DNA from: Candidatus Zixiibacteriota bacterium
Lineage (GTDB): Bacteria > Zixibacteria > MSB-5A5 > CAIYYT01
DNA length: 64,000 nucleotides
Direction of reading: 5' to 3'
NCBI GenBank assembly: GCA_040235515.1
Contig: JBECKX010000195.1
Coordinates: 1 to 64,000, forward strand
Below the pieces are notes generated by a model. The model saw only the letters and a list, made by a program, of their open reading frames with translations, had not been told where the DNA came from and did no database searches. Below are positions 1-9,471 of this stretch, in pieces. Made by a program: the position numbers and the translations under genes. Each line of letters begins with the position of its first letter. Position 1 is the stretch's first letter.

Positions 1-2
1 TT

Positions 3-245
3 TCGATGGAAGCGCAGCATCCGTCGGATAACTTGGAGAAGTACAACGCAGGATTCGAATACAGTCTGGACGAACGCTACTTCCTGCGGGTAGGTCAGCG
101 ATTCCAGTATGACGAAGGTAGCTTCAGCGTAGGAGGAGGTATCCACCTGCCGCTGGAGTCGATGGATATGCGCCTGGACTACGCGTATCAGGATATGGGA
201 CTGCTTGAGCAGGCTCATCGCTTTACCTTCGGGCTGCAGTTCTAA
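3..245 (+). CDS. PorV/PorQ (UPF0164)-family outer-membrane beta-barrel protein, C-terminal part (5' end outside window)
   Basis: Ends ...NAGFEY...FLRVG...FSVGGG...RLDYAYQDMGLLEQAHRFTFGLQF, the family C-terminus with terminal Phe; same pattern as 29193..30098. Confidence 0.8.
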   Translation, partial: SMEAQHPSDNLEKYNAGFEYSLDERYFLRVGQRFQYDEGSFSVGGGIHLPLESMDMRLDYAYQDMGLLEQAHRFTFGLQF

Positions 246-302
246 GTCTGAGCATCAATTGGAATATTTGCTCGTTCCGTGCATTAGGAGGAATAGATAG
301 AG

Positions 303-2240
303 ATGACCAGGATTAATTCAAACGCGTGGAAGGTGGCGTTATTGCTCATCGCAGTTGCGATGATGATGTGGGCCTGCTCGACAAGCCCCACGAATGACGA
401 ACCGATTAACGCCAAACCTGTCGTCGAGATTGTAAATATCCCGCCGACCAACTCCCACTTTACGCAGAGTCCCACGATCAACTGGTATGGGACCGATGTT
501 GACGGCTACATCATCATGTACGAGTATGCCGTCATTCCATTCGACAAGATTCCAGCGAGCGTAGATACCAGCGACGTGAACGCGCTGATCGCGTTCGCGG
601 CCAGTTCGATCAAGTATGTCGATGGTGGCGATTGCGAGCCCGCTTGCTGGACGATCGTCAATGTAAAAGAATCAGATTCACCGACTCGCCAGAAGGTCGA
701 GTTGGTGGCGGGCGCTGATCCGGTTGATACCGTCAAGCAGTACTTCTTCGTTCGTGCGGTCGATGACGATTCGGCGCGTTCCGATATTCGGGTCCGGGTC
801 TACTCGCGAAACAACAACCCGCCGAATACCGTGATCAAGACGACCCCCGACGCACAGGGATACTATGATCTCCCCGAACTCAGCAAGACCTTCACCGGCA
901 TCTACCTGGAATGGGAGGGTGAGGACAAGATCGACTTCCCGTCAGAAGTAGATGATCCCACATTCGATTATTTCTACCAGGTCTTCGGACCCTTCGATGA
1001 GGGAGAACTCTCGATCGACTCGCTCGGGGACTTCACCGAGGGCTTCGAGTTCGACACGCTCGCAGCGGCGTCACGCCTGGTGATGCAATCGAAGGACACG
1101 ACTACCGGAAGTGTCTGGGTTGATCAGACCGAACATGTCTTCTACAATCTCTGGCGCAAGCAGCCTGCCTCGACGACTACACGTGACGGCTACTTTGTCC
1201 TGAAGGTAACCGCTCGTGATGACGCGGCTGTCGCGGACAAGACTCCGGCATACAAGGCATTTTATGCAATCGATCCGCACTTCGAGAATGATGTGCTGGT
1301 CTACTACCCGATCAACGGTCTCGCTTCACCGCAGCCCGGCGCCGTCTGGGATGAGACCTGGCTGCTCAAGGACTATTGGCCGGATGATTGGTTCGTCGAA
1401 GACGATATGGTCGAATTCTTCAATGACGTATTCAATGAAGCGGGATATGATATTCCGCCGATTATCCGCGGCAAGATCTCATCCACGGACATCAGCTCCC
1501 AGAATATCCCGACGAAGGCTCAGTTAGCGAAGTACAAGGTTTACGTCGTCCTTGAGGATGCCGAAAAGACCGGCCTGTCAAAGGATCACTTCGTGCGGAT
1601 GGCGCAATACATGGATCTGGGCGGCAACGTCTGGCTCTTCGGAACCACGCCGTTCGGGCCTTACCAGCCGGGTCCGGATGATGGTCTGACTTCCTTCCCG
1701 CTCCAGAGTAAGGTTGTGGCTGACATAGTGCCGTTCAAGTACTTCAACGTGACGGCTCAGTATCGTGCGTCGTGGGGTGAGACCTACAAGCCGAGAAATC
1801 TCTGGCTCCCCACCAGCGGTGTTCCGATTCCGAAAGCCAACGATGATTTCGTCGGCGCTACACCGCTTCCGGGTAGCGGATTCCCGGCACTCACCGTTGA
1901 CCTGTACAAGGTGAAGCGGATTTATGTCCACTTCTTCGCACCTGAGCAGTATGGTCAGAGGCCGTGGATGAATATTGATTTCCGTGGCGCGCCCAATGCA
2001 AGTTACTTTGTGCGTGACGTCTACTCAGAACCGCTGTACCTCTACAAGTCGTACTTCGGCGAGACGATCCCCGATTCGATGAAGGCCTACCTGCCGCGCC
2101 TTCAGGGTACGGTCTGCGGACTTCGGTACAACTCCGGTACGTTCAAATCCGCAGCCTTCGGCTTCTCGCTCTTCTGTCTGCAGCATGACCATGCGGTGGC
2201 AGTAGTCAGGAAGATGATGGAGTGGTTCCTGGCAGACTAG
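303..2240 (+). CDS. Hypothetical lipoprotein with two repeated Ig/FN3-like modules
   Basis: 645-aa ORF with AGGAGG SD; signal peptide with lipobox-like MWA-C; repeated W.G.D...Y.Y...VRAVDDD / VTARDDA modules. Confidence 0.7.
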   Translation: MTRINSNAWKVALLLIAVAMMMWACSTSPTNDEPINAKPVVEIVNIPPTNSHFTQSPTINWYGTDVDGYIIMYEYAVIPFDKIPASVDTSDVNALIAFAASSIKYVDGGDCEPACWTIVNVKESDSPTRQKVELVAGADPVDTVKQYFFVRAVDDDSARSDIRVRVYSRNNNPPNTVIKTTPDAQGYYDLPELSKTFTGIYLEWEGEDKIDFPSEVDDPTFDYFYQVFGPFDEGELSIDSLGDFTEGFEFDTLAAASRLVMQSKDTTTGSVWVDQTEHVFYNLWRKQPASTTTRDGYFVLKVTARDDAAVADKTPAYKAFYAIDPHFENDVLVYYPINGLASPQPGAVWDETWLLKDYWPDDWFVEDDMVEFFNDVFNEAGYDIPPIIRGKISSTDISSQNIPTKAQLAKYKVYVVLEDAEKTGLSKDHFVRMAQYMDLGGNVWLFGTTPFGPYQPGPDDGLTSFPLQSKVVADIVPFKYFNVTAQYRASWGETYKPRNLWLPTSGVPIPKANDDFVGATPLPGSGFPALTVDLYKVKRIYVHFFAPEQYGQRPWMNIDFRGAPNASYFVRDVYSEPLYLYKSYFGETIPDSMKAYLPRLQGTVCGLRYNSGTFKSAAFGFSLFCLQHDHAVAVVRKMMEWFLAD

Positions 2241-2312
2241 TTTGACTTCATAAGCTCCCACGGCTGCCTGCTTCTCAGCGCCAGTCATGATTGGAGCGAA
2301 ATCGCGACAGAT

Positions 2313-2353
2313 GCCGCAGGAGGTAATCGATACTTCCTGCGGCTCTCTTTTTT
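2313..2353 (+). terminator. Rho-independent terminator
   Basis: Stem GCCGCAGGAGGT / ACTTCCTGCGGC followed by TCTCTTTTTT, between convergent genes. Confidence 0.8.
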
Positions 2354-2390
2354 GGGAATCCAGAGGTCGATTGGAATGCGTCGTCTTACG

Positions 2391-4661
2391 CTACGGCGAT
2401 TCCTGCAGTCGCAGGGTCAGTGCCTTTGCGGGTGCAAACTCGGGGTTGATTTCAAGTGCTAGCTGCAGGGCATTCTCCCCTTCGATTCGTTTGCCCTGCG
2501 AAAGCAGCGATATAGCATAGTTGTAGTAGAGCAACTCCGAACCCGGGCCAACCTCCAGAGCTCGGCGATAGGCTTCTTCGGCATCTGAAAATCTCTGCTT
2601 GTTCAAATACGCAGTGCCCAGATTGACCCATGCCTCCTGCAGTTGCGGGTCCAGCTCCAGCGCATCCTCGAACAGTACGATCGCCGAGTCGATCTGCCCC
2701 AGACCAGCCAGGGCGTACCCCAGGTTGTAGCGTAAGTGCGCCGGGGAAACGGGGGCGACCGGCGACGCATCGAACGCAGAGGAGGCCTGCGCATAGAGTG
2801 GCTGTGATGTGTTCGCATGCTCGCTGATCAATTCGCTGAGCTGCTTCGCCGCAACATCGAATCTCCCCAGGTCCGCAGCAGACACCGCCAGTAGGAACTT
2901 CTCTCTTCGCGAGAGTCGATCGCCGTGCTCAAGCCTTTGGGCCGAAACGAAAACACTTTCTGCCATCCCCGCCTCACGCCATGCTGACCACAGGTTCAAC
3001 CTGGCATCGGTCATGTACGGCTTTTCTTCCAGGGCCAGTTTGGCTGAGCTGATCGCCTCCGGGAGCTGTTTGGTCTGCCGGTAGAGATAGGAGAGATTCG
3101 ACAACGCCTCCGCGCTGCCTCCACTCAACGAATCCTCCAGCAGCAAGTATTTCCAGGCTGAGTCATACTCTGCCTGCCGCAGGTATGCGACACCGATATT
3201 GAGGTGCAGGTCTTTGAGCTGTCCCGGCAGGTTATCGGCCTTACGGTAGCTTTCCAGTGCCCCATCAAGCGAGCCGGCACGCATTCTGAGATTCCCTTCG
3301 GTGAAAAGTGCCTGCTTGCGATTCTCGAAGTTAATCCCGTAGAGATTGATGTTGAAGAACAACAACAAGACTGCCCCGGTGACAATGGCGGGGACAGCTC
3401 GCGCGGCAGCTTTCTCCCTGAACAGATCGATCACGATGAATATGGTAGCGGCAGCGAGGCATGAGAGCAGAGGTAGCAGAGGAAGCCGGAACCGCGAGTT
3501 GACAAAGAAGAGAATGAAGGAGGTTCCGTAGAGGAGCACGAATAGCTGCAGAGCATTCGCAGCCGAACGGAAGCGCCTCCAGAAGATCAGCGACAGCAGC
3601 CCCAGGGGACCAAGCAACCACATTCCGATCGGCAGCAATTTCAGTATGAAGAACTGGTTCTTGAAGTAAGTAAGGTCGCGATTGTTCGAGATGTCACTCC
3701 CACTGAAGAGCAGGTAGCCCTTACGCAGCAATAATCCGCACCAATGCAGTGGATCAGAGATTATCTCGTTGAAGGCAGCGCTGTAATAGTAAGAGCCAAC
3801 CTGAGCGGGGCTCATCTTCTCTCCAGTATCCTGCTCCGCCAGGAACGCAATATCTTCGTACTGCCAATTGTAGCCGAGCTTTCCCGGCATGGCGGCGCTT
3901 ACCCCATCGGCCGTGTGGTTGTTGCCGATGTAGAAGTTGATGCCTCCCTGAGTAGCGAGTGTGAACGCCGGCTGTTCCCGTGTCAGGTTGTGAACCAGCA
4001 CCAGCGCAACCGGTAACATGGCAGCGACGATCATGGTGGCCGACGCTGCAATCTGACTCTGTCTGCGAGGGCCTGCATTTCTGCTCCAGATCAGCCAGAC
4101 CAAGGGAAGAAGGATAACCGCTGCATTGGGTCGAGTGATGATCGCCAATCCGGCCACAAGCCCCGCAGCGATGAGTGATGCCGTACGGTTTGTGCGACGG
4201 AACCGCAACAGCAAGTAGAGGCTCGCTAAGATCTGGGTGGTCACAATCGACTCAAGCAGCAACTCACCCTCGAAGTAGACCAGATCCTGGCACAGCAGCG
4301 TGAACAGGCTGGCGAGGAGGGCTGTGCGCTTATCAAACAAGTCTCGCGCAATCAAGAATACCAGTGGTGCACTGAACGCGCCGATCGTCAACTGGACAAA
4401 TCTCGCGGCAGCGATCGAGTCAGATGTGATCCAGTAGATCAGCCCGAGAAAGTAGTTGTAGAATGGTGCGCGGAAGAACGCCTCGCCTGCCGTCAATGCA
4501 CCACCCGCAATCGATTTCGCCATCAGGTGGTGGTAGAGCGCGTCGACCGTCGGTTCGCCGAACTCGATCAGGGTCGAGTATTTCAGAAAATAGATCAGGC
4601 GGAAGCCAAACCCTACGAGCAGCAGGATCCACACCCAGGTCCGATCGGTAAGCTTATTCAT
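2391..4661 (-). CDS. GT-C (GT39/ArnT-like) integral membrane glycosyltransferase with C-terminal TPR repeats
   Basis: PTVDALYH and FFRAPFY N-terminal motifs, many TM segments, TRPN, GGINFYIGNN, RFRLP, then TPRs (YNLG..LA..G, AWVNLG.AY). ATG 4661 or GTG 4667 start. Confidence 0.8.
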   Translation of the reverse strand: MNKLTDRTWVWILLLVGFGFRLIYFLKYSTLIEFGEPTVDALYHHLMAKSIAGGALTAGEAFFRAPFYNYFLGLIYWITSDSIAAARFVQLTIGAFSAPLVFLIARDLFDKRTALLASLFTLLCQDLVYFEGELLLESIVTTQILASLYLLLRFRRTNRTASLIAAGLVAGLAIITRPNAAVILLPLVWLIWSRNAGPRRQSQIAASATMIVAAMLPVALVLVHNLTREQPAFTLATQGGINFYIGNNHTADGVSAAMPGKLGYNWQYEDIAFLAEQDTGEKMSPAQVGSYYYSAAFNEIISDPLHWCGLLLRKGYLLFSGSDISNNRDLTYFKNQFFILKLLPIGMWLLGPLGLLSLIFWRRFRSAANALQLFVLLYGTSFILFFVNSRFRLPLLPLLSCLAAATIFIVIDLFREKAAARAVPAIVTGAVLLLFFNINLYGINFENRKQALFTEGNLRMRAGSLDGALESYRKADNLPGQLKDLHLNIGVAYLRQAEYDSAWKYLLLEDSLSGGSAEALSNLSYLYRQTKQLPEAISSAKLALEEKPYMTDARLNLWSAWREAGMAESVFVSAQRLEHGDRLSRREKFLLAVSAADLGRFDVAAKQLSELISEHANTSQPLYAQASSAFDASPVAPVSPAHLRYNLGYALAGLGQIDSAIVLFEDALELDPQLQEAWVNLGTAYLNKQRFSDAEEAYRRALEVGPGSELLYYNYAISLLSQGKRIEGENALQLALEINPEFAPAKALTLRLQESP

Positions 4662-4716
4662 AAGCACCTAAAATAGACGAATCAAGCATCAGAACAACAA
4701 CTCTTGTTTGTGCGGT

Positions 4717-4754
4717 TGCAACGCGTTGCAGCCTGATTCCTGCATCCCACTGCA
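4717..4754. promoter_or_regulatory. Two TGCA-N6-TGCA sites, candidate enhancer for a sigma54 activator
   Basis: Perfect palindrome TGCAACGCGTTGCA (4717-4730) and TGCATCCCACTGCA (4741-4754), about 160-200 bp upstream of the sigma54 motif. Confidence 0.5.
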
Positions 4755-4913
4755 AACTCTGAGTTTTCGTGATTTGGCAAGCTTTCGCCTGCGCTGAAGT
4801 ATGCAAACCGGTTACGGTTTAAGTTGCTGAAGTATAGCGGCTTAAATTAGGTGTAATCTGATCTTATTCGCTCCCATCCCTTGCTGTATGCACGAGAATG
4901 CACCGTTCCACTA

Positions 4914-4929
4914 CGGCACAATAGTTGCT
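4914..4929 (+). promoter_or_regulatory. Sigma54 (-24/-12) promoter of the S8 protease
   Basis: CGGCACAATAGTTGCT: GG-N10-GC with GGCAC and TTGCT. Confidence 0.7.
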
Positions 4930-4941
4930 TCAAGTAGGGTA

Positions 4942-7815
4942 ATGAAGAATCCCCTGCATATAGCTGCTATCATGTTAGCGACCATAGTGTTGCCGTGCCT
5001 GCTTATCGGTGAGGCGGCTGATGGTTCCACGCTGATGCAGGCTAAGGTTTCCAGCAGCCTCCAGACCACGGCAGCATTCTCCCAGGAAGATATCGATGTA
5101 GTCGTCTTTTTGAATGATTCGGGAAGCGACCGACTGGGCAAGTCCGCGGCGATGTTCGATTCACCACGTCGAGCCGCCGCCCACCAGTTACTCGTTTCCG
5201 AGCTACAGCGCGAGACGGCAGTCGAGGCTCGATTCGCCGATAAGGTAGATGCGCTGCAGCAGAGCGGCGAGATATCCTCCTATCGCTATTTCTGGATTTC
5301 AGGGGCCGCAGCCGTCACGCTTTCGCCTGCTGCGCTCGCAGAACTCGCGGAGATGCCGGAAGTCTACTACATCGTCGAGGATGCAGAGCTTGAACTGATC
5401 GCACCGGTGGCGACGTCAACTGCGTCATCGGATTTCGCCGGCAGCAGCAACTCGATCGATGTCGCAGGTGTGCGGCAGTTGTGGGAAATGGGTTATACGG
5501 GACATGGCCGCCTGGTTTGCAGTTTCGACACAGGCGTTGACTACGATCATCCTGCGCTTACCTCCGGCTGGCTGGGAAATCAAGTCGCCAATTCAGCCGC
5601 TGCCTGGTTTGACCCGTACGGCGCGGCGCTCCCGACAGACCTTAAAGGCCACGGCACTCATACAATGGGAATTATGGTTGGTCGTGACGGCGCTGATACG
5701 ATCGGCGTCGCGTTCAACGCCCGCTGGATGGCGGCCTCGGTGATCGATCGCGGACAGACCCTCAGCAAGACAATTTCCGATATCCTCGCCGCATTCGAGT
5801 GGGCGGCTGACCCCGACGGCAACCCGGCGACGGTGGATGACCTTCCTGATGTCATCTGCAACTCATGGGGTATCCCGCGTGGATTGCTTCCAACCTGCGA
5901 TGACACTTTCTGGGGAGCTATCGATAATCTTGAAGCACTTGGTATAGTTGTGATTTTCGCGTGTGGCAACGAGGGTCCCGATCCGGGCACAATCAGGAAT
6001 CCGGCGGATCGTTCAAGCTCACCGGCCAACGCTTTTTCGATCGGAGCAATCGACCAGAATCAGCCCAATCTGCCGGTCGCGAACTTCTCGAGCCGCGGAC
6101 CATCCTCCTGCAGCAATAATGCCATCAAGCCTGAGCTGGTTGCCCCCGGTGTCGACATCCGGTCAGCCTATAAGGATGGCGGTTACCGTTTGATGTCGGG
6201 TACTTCGATGGCTGCTCCGTTCATTGCCGGCTGTGTCGCGTTGCTGCGCGAATACAACCCCGACGCAACGGTTGCGCAGATCAAGAGCGCTCTGCTGCAG
6301 TCTGCAACCGATCTCGGTGACAGCGGCGAAGACAATTCGTACGGCTGGGGTGTCGTTAACCTCGCGCGAGCCATCGAATTTCTGCCGAAGCCGCAGAAAC
6401 CGCATATCACCTATCAGTCGGTCTGGCTCGATGGCAACAACGGCACGATTCTCGATCCCGGCACCACGCACGATCTGATCATCTCGATCATGAATGAACA
6501 GGTCGCAGCCGACGAGTTGACCGGTGTGCTTTCGACTTCAAGCAGTTCCGCCTATATCATGCGCGACACCTGTCACTTCGGAAATATCGAGACCGGCGCG
6601 GACGCCGACAATCTGGCGCAGCCGTTTATCGTCAAACTGGACACCTACGGTTCCCCCGGCTCACCCCTCCACTTTCGCGTTGACTTCTATGCCGACCATT
6701 TCGGTTTCGTCAACAGCGTCGAGTTCGAGCTGGTGCTCGGACAGACAGTCGCCGCGGAAACCGGCACAATCAGCACCTCGCAACTGAACGCCGAGGTAAC
6801 CAATTTCGGCCGCAGCGAGCGCTACGAAGATTTTGATTTTGATTCGGATATCCTCTCGAATTTCAACCTGATGATCGGCTCTGCGGATGGGCACATCTAC
6901 GATGCCTTCCCCGGTAGCTTTGACTGGTATGCCTCAAGCGAACTCACGTCGATAACTGCAGGGTCACTGCGTGAACTTAATGGAAGCTTTGCGACAATCG
7001 ACGGACGCTTCAGTGTCTATCAGTCCACGAAGGTTGATGACCAGCCTGCCACCGGCAATTTCCTGTTGCTCGATTACGAAATCTCGGATGAACTGGCTGC
7101 AAATGAAGAGATTGCAGTCGGACTCGCCGCTGACTTCGATTTGCTGGGTGGTGAAGAGATCATTCAGAGCGATGCCGATCTGTTTTTCTACTCCGCCGAC
7201 TATTCACAGGTCGTTGGTATCAGGCCGATCTTTGACAATGCCGTAGTCAATCTGGTGGATGGCAGCAGCTTCAAGTCTGGTGGAGTAACGGATAGCGAGA
7301 AGCACGGCCTGCTGTTTGAGAGCAGCGAGATCCTCTCCGGCTATCCCAACGATAAGGCTGTCGCTGTCTCTACCGGCGCGATCAACTTCGATGCCTCCGG
7401 GCAGCGCCGCATCGGATTCGTGATTGCCACCGGCGGATCGATTGCCGAGGTGGAAGCTGGGCTGGACGCGGGTTCAGACCTGTTCCAAAAACCAACCGAT
7501 GCCGAAGACGAACTCGACGGCGATGCCATTCTGCCGGAGAGTTTCACCCTCAACCAGAACTTCCCGAATCCGTTTAACGCGACAACCCGGATCGATGTCG
7601 AGTTGGCGACGGCAGGGGAGTATCAACTCACCATATTCAACTCGCTTGGCCAGGTGGTTCGCAGCTACCGAAACGTTGCGGCGTTCCCCGGCTCCTACAG
7701 CCATGACTGGGACGGAAAGAACCAGTCCGGCCTCGACGTCGCCAGCGGAGTCTATTTCTACAAGCTCAACTTCAGCGGCAACCAGCAGACCCGTAAGATG
7801 GTACTGCTCAAGTAG
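4942..7815 (+). CDS. Secreted S8 (subtilisin-like) serine peptidase with FlgD-Ig/T9SS-type C-terminal domain
   Basis: Catalytic motifs FDTG, GHGTHTMG, SGTSMAAP; oxyanion ACGN; C-terminus LNQNFPNPFN...WDGKN..G..VASGVYFYKL...TRKMVLLK. Start 4942 preferred over 4888. Confidence 0.92.
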   Translation: MKNPLHIAAIMLATIVLPCLLIGEAADGSTLMQAKVSSSLQTTAAFSQEDIDVVVFLNDSGSDRLGKSAAMFDSPRRAAAHQLLVSELQRETAVEARFADKVDALQQSGEISSYRYFWISGAAAVTLSPAALAELAEMPEVYYIVEDAELELIAPVATSTASSDFAGSSNSIDVAGVRQLWEMGYTGHGRLVCSFDTGVDYDHPALTSGWLGNQVANSAAAWFDPYGAALPTDLKGHGTHTMGIMVGRDGADTIGVAFNARWMAASVIDRGQTLSKTISDILAAFEWAADPDGNPATVDDLPDVICNSWGIPRGLLPTCDDTFWGAIDNLEALGIVVIFACGNEGPDPGTIRNPADRSSSPANAFSIGAIDQNQPNLPVANFSSRGPSSCSNNAIKPELVAPGVDIRSAYKDGGYRLMSGTSMAAPFIAGCVALLREYNPDATVAQIKSALLQSATDLGDSGEDNSYGWGVVNLARAIEFLPKPQKPHITYQSVWLDGNNGTILDPGTTHDLIISIMNEQVAADELTGVLSTSSSSAYIMRDTCHFGNIETGADADNLAQPFIVKLDTYGSPGSPLHFRVDFYADHFGFVNSVEFELVLGQTVAAETGTISTSQLNAEVTNFGRSERYEDFDFDSDILSNFNLMIGSADGHIYDAFPGSFDWYASSELTSITAGSLRELNGSFATIDGRFSVYQSTKVDDQPATGNFLLLDYEISDELAANEEIAVGLAADFDLLGGEEIIQSDADLFFYSADYSQVVGIRPIFDNAVVNLVDGSSFKSGGVTDSEKHGLLFESSEILSGYPNDKAVAVSTGAINFDASGQRRIGFVIATGGSIAEVEAGLDAGSDLFQKPTDAEDELDGDAILPESFTLNQNFPNPFNATTRIDVELATAGEYQLTIFNSLGQVVRSYRNVAAFPGSYSHDWDGKNQSGLDVASGVYFYKLNFSGNQQTRKMVLLK

Positions 7816-7854
7816 CGCCTCCCATACCCCATCATAACCGGATCAAGCCGACAA

Positions 7855-7883
7855 TTGACTTGTCGCTCCCGATACTCTACATT
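7855..7883 (+). promoter_or_regulatory. Sigma70-type promoter for the ecfT...tatA operon
   Basis: TTGACT-17 nt-TACATT. Confidence 0.6.
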
Positions 7884-7963
7884 GTGCGCCTGATTGATGT
7901 CCCGATCACGTAAGTTGGATTGGCACCACTGAAGCAGTCGGGCAGGGGAGAAGCCCAGGGCAG

Positions 7964-8713
7964 ATGCGCAATTGTTTTGATCCCAGAATTCAGCTCATTG
8001 TCATCGTTGTCGCGATGACCCTCTCTCTCATGTTTCTCGAAGTCCCGGTCTATTCCATAATCTCAGTTTACCTGCTTATCCAGCTTCTGCTCATCCCGGC
8101 CGTCGCACGACAACTGCTGAGGCTGGCCTGGTTGCTCCCAGGCGTCGCAGCTTTCACACTCCTTCTGCACCTGCTGTTCGGCTCCCCCGATGGGGTCGAA
8201 CTCACGAAGCTCCTGGGGGTGAGCATTACCCGAGGTCAACTGGAGACGGGATTGCTCTACTGCTGGCGGGTGCTGTTGCTCTTCACCACGGCCGCCTGGC
8301 TGCTTGTAGTCCTTGAGCGCGACAGGCTGGCCGATGTGATCGACTGGGCGCTGCAGCCCTTGTCCCGAACTGGCCTCGCGATTGGGGGCGTGACGATGTC
8401 TCTCCGAATCGCGTTGCGGACGATACCATATCTGCAGAGCGAACACGCTCGGATCACTCTGGCGCAGCGCGCGCGGGGAGCCAGATTCGGCGGGGCGCCG
8501 ATTGCGCGGATTTCCCGGCAGGCACAAATCATGGTACCGCTGCTCGCGGCCACATTGCGGCGCGGTGACCGCCTCGGTGACGCCCTGCAGGTGAGGCACT
8601 GGCGGGCGGACGTTACGCCTACGAAGCTGCATCAATTCAAACTCGGCTGGCACGACATCCTGCAGCTTGTACTCACAGTCGTCCTGGTTGTCGCCATCTT
8701 CGGGCTGAAATGA
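7964..8713 (+). CDS. ecfT: Energy-coupling factor transporter transmembrane component T (CbiQ family)
   Basis: DPR near N-terminus, TM helices, IALR.IP...AQRARG coupling-helix motif. Confidence 0.8.
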   Translation: MRNCFDPRIQLIVIVVAMTLSLMFLEVPVYSIISVYLLIQLLLIPAVARQLLRLAWLLPGVAAFTLLLHLLFGSPDGVELTKLLGVSITRGQLETGLLYCWRVLLLFTTAAWLLVVLERDRLADVIDWALQPLSRTGLAIGGVTMSLRIALRTIPYLQSEHARITLAQRARGARFGGAPIARISRQAQIMVPLLAATLRRGDRLGDALQVRHWRADVTPTKLHQFKLGWHDILQLVLTVVLVVAIFGLK

Positions 8714-9471
8714 CCGGCGCAGCGACTCGCAATATCCTGCTGCGCCTGCAATTCGTCGGCACAGCATACTCAGGCTGGCAGCGGCAGAGCAAAGATCGTT
8801 CCGTGCAGGCGGTCATTGAGGATGCCATCGCAGGCGCTACCGGGGAGCCGTCGAGCCTGGTTGGCTGCAGCCGAACCGACGCCGGCGTTCATGCCGAGGA
8901 CTACATCGCGAACTTCAAGACCCACTCGGGCATTCCACCCACGAGATTTGCTCCTGCCATTCAGAGTCATCTGCCGCGCGATATCCTGATCCGTAGTTCG
9001 CGGGTAGTGCCATTTTCCTTCAATTCGCGGAAATGCAGTTACTCCAAAACCTACCGTTATCAAATCTATTGCGGGTTCACGCCGTTCAATTGTTCCAGGT
9101 GGTACCAGACGAGCGAGTCGCTCGACCTGGAGGCGCTTTCACGGGCAGCCGAACTGCTCGTGGGCGGTCACGATTTCGGGAATTTCTGCGTCACCAAGTC
9201 ACTGAAACGAGACAATCAGTGCAACATCGAACAAGCAACTTGGAGCAGGCGCGGCAGAAAGCTATATTTCAAAGTTACAGGCGACAGGTTCCTGCATAAG
9301 ATGGTCAGATTTCTGGTGGGGACCCAGTTGCAGATAGCTACAGGCAAAATGGCGCTGGAAGATCTTCGGCAGATGCTACAATGTCCGGGCGAATTCAAGG
9401 CAAAGCATGCCGCTCCGCCGGACGGCTTGTACCTGGAGAAGGTCAGATTCATGGATCGATTGGAGGAATAG
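8710..9471 (+). CDS. truA: tRNA pseudouridine(38-40) synthase
   Basis: GWQRQ, GCSRTDAGVHA, GHDF..F, FLHKMVR, APPDGLYL. Confidence 0.95.
   Translation: MTGAATRNILLRLQFVGTAYSGWQRQSKDRSVQAVIEDAIAGATGEPSSLVGCSRTDAGVHAEDYIANFKTHSGIPPTRFAPAIQSHLPRDILIRSSRVVPFSFNSRKCSYSKTYRYQIYCGFTPFNCSRWYQTSESLDLEALSRAAELLVGGHDFGNFCVTKSLKRDNQCNIEQATWSRRGRKLYFKVTGDRFLHKMVRFLVGTQLQIATGKMALEDLRQMLQCPGEFKAKHAAPPDGLYLEKVRFMDRLEE

Noticed and set aside
7888..7963. ZMP/ZTP riboswitch (CCAC-TGAAG and a 3' GCC...GGGC, purine genes downstream)
   Set aside because: The conserved GACUGRCG segment and the GCCGNCCGYCUGGGC pseudoknot hairpin are absent; kept only as an unclassified leader
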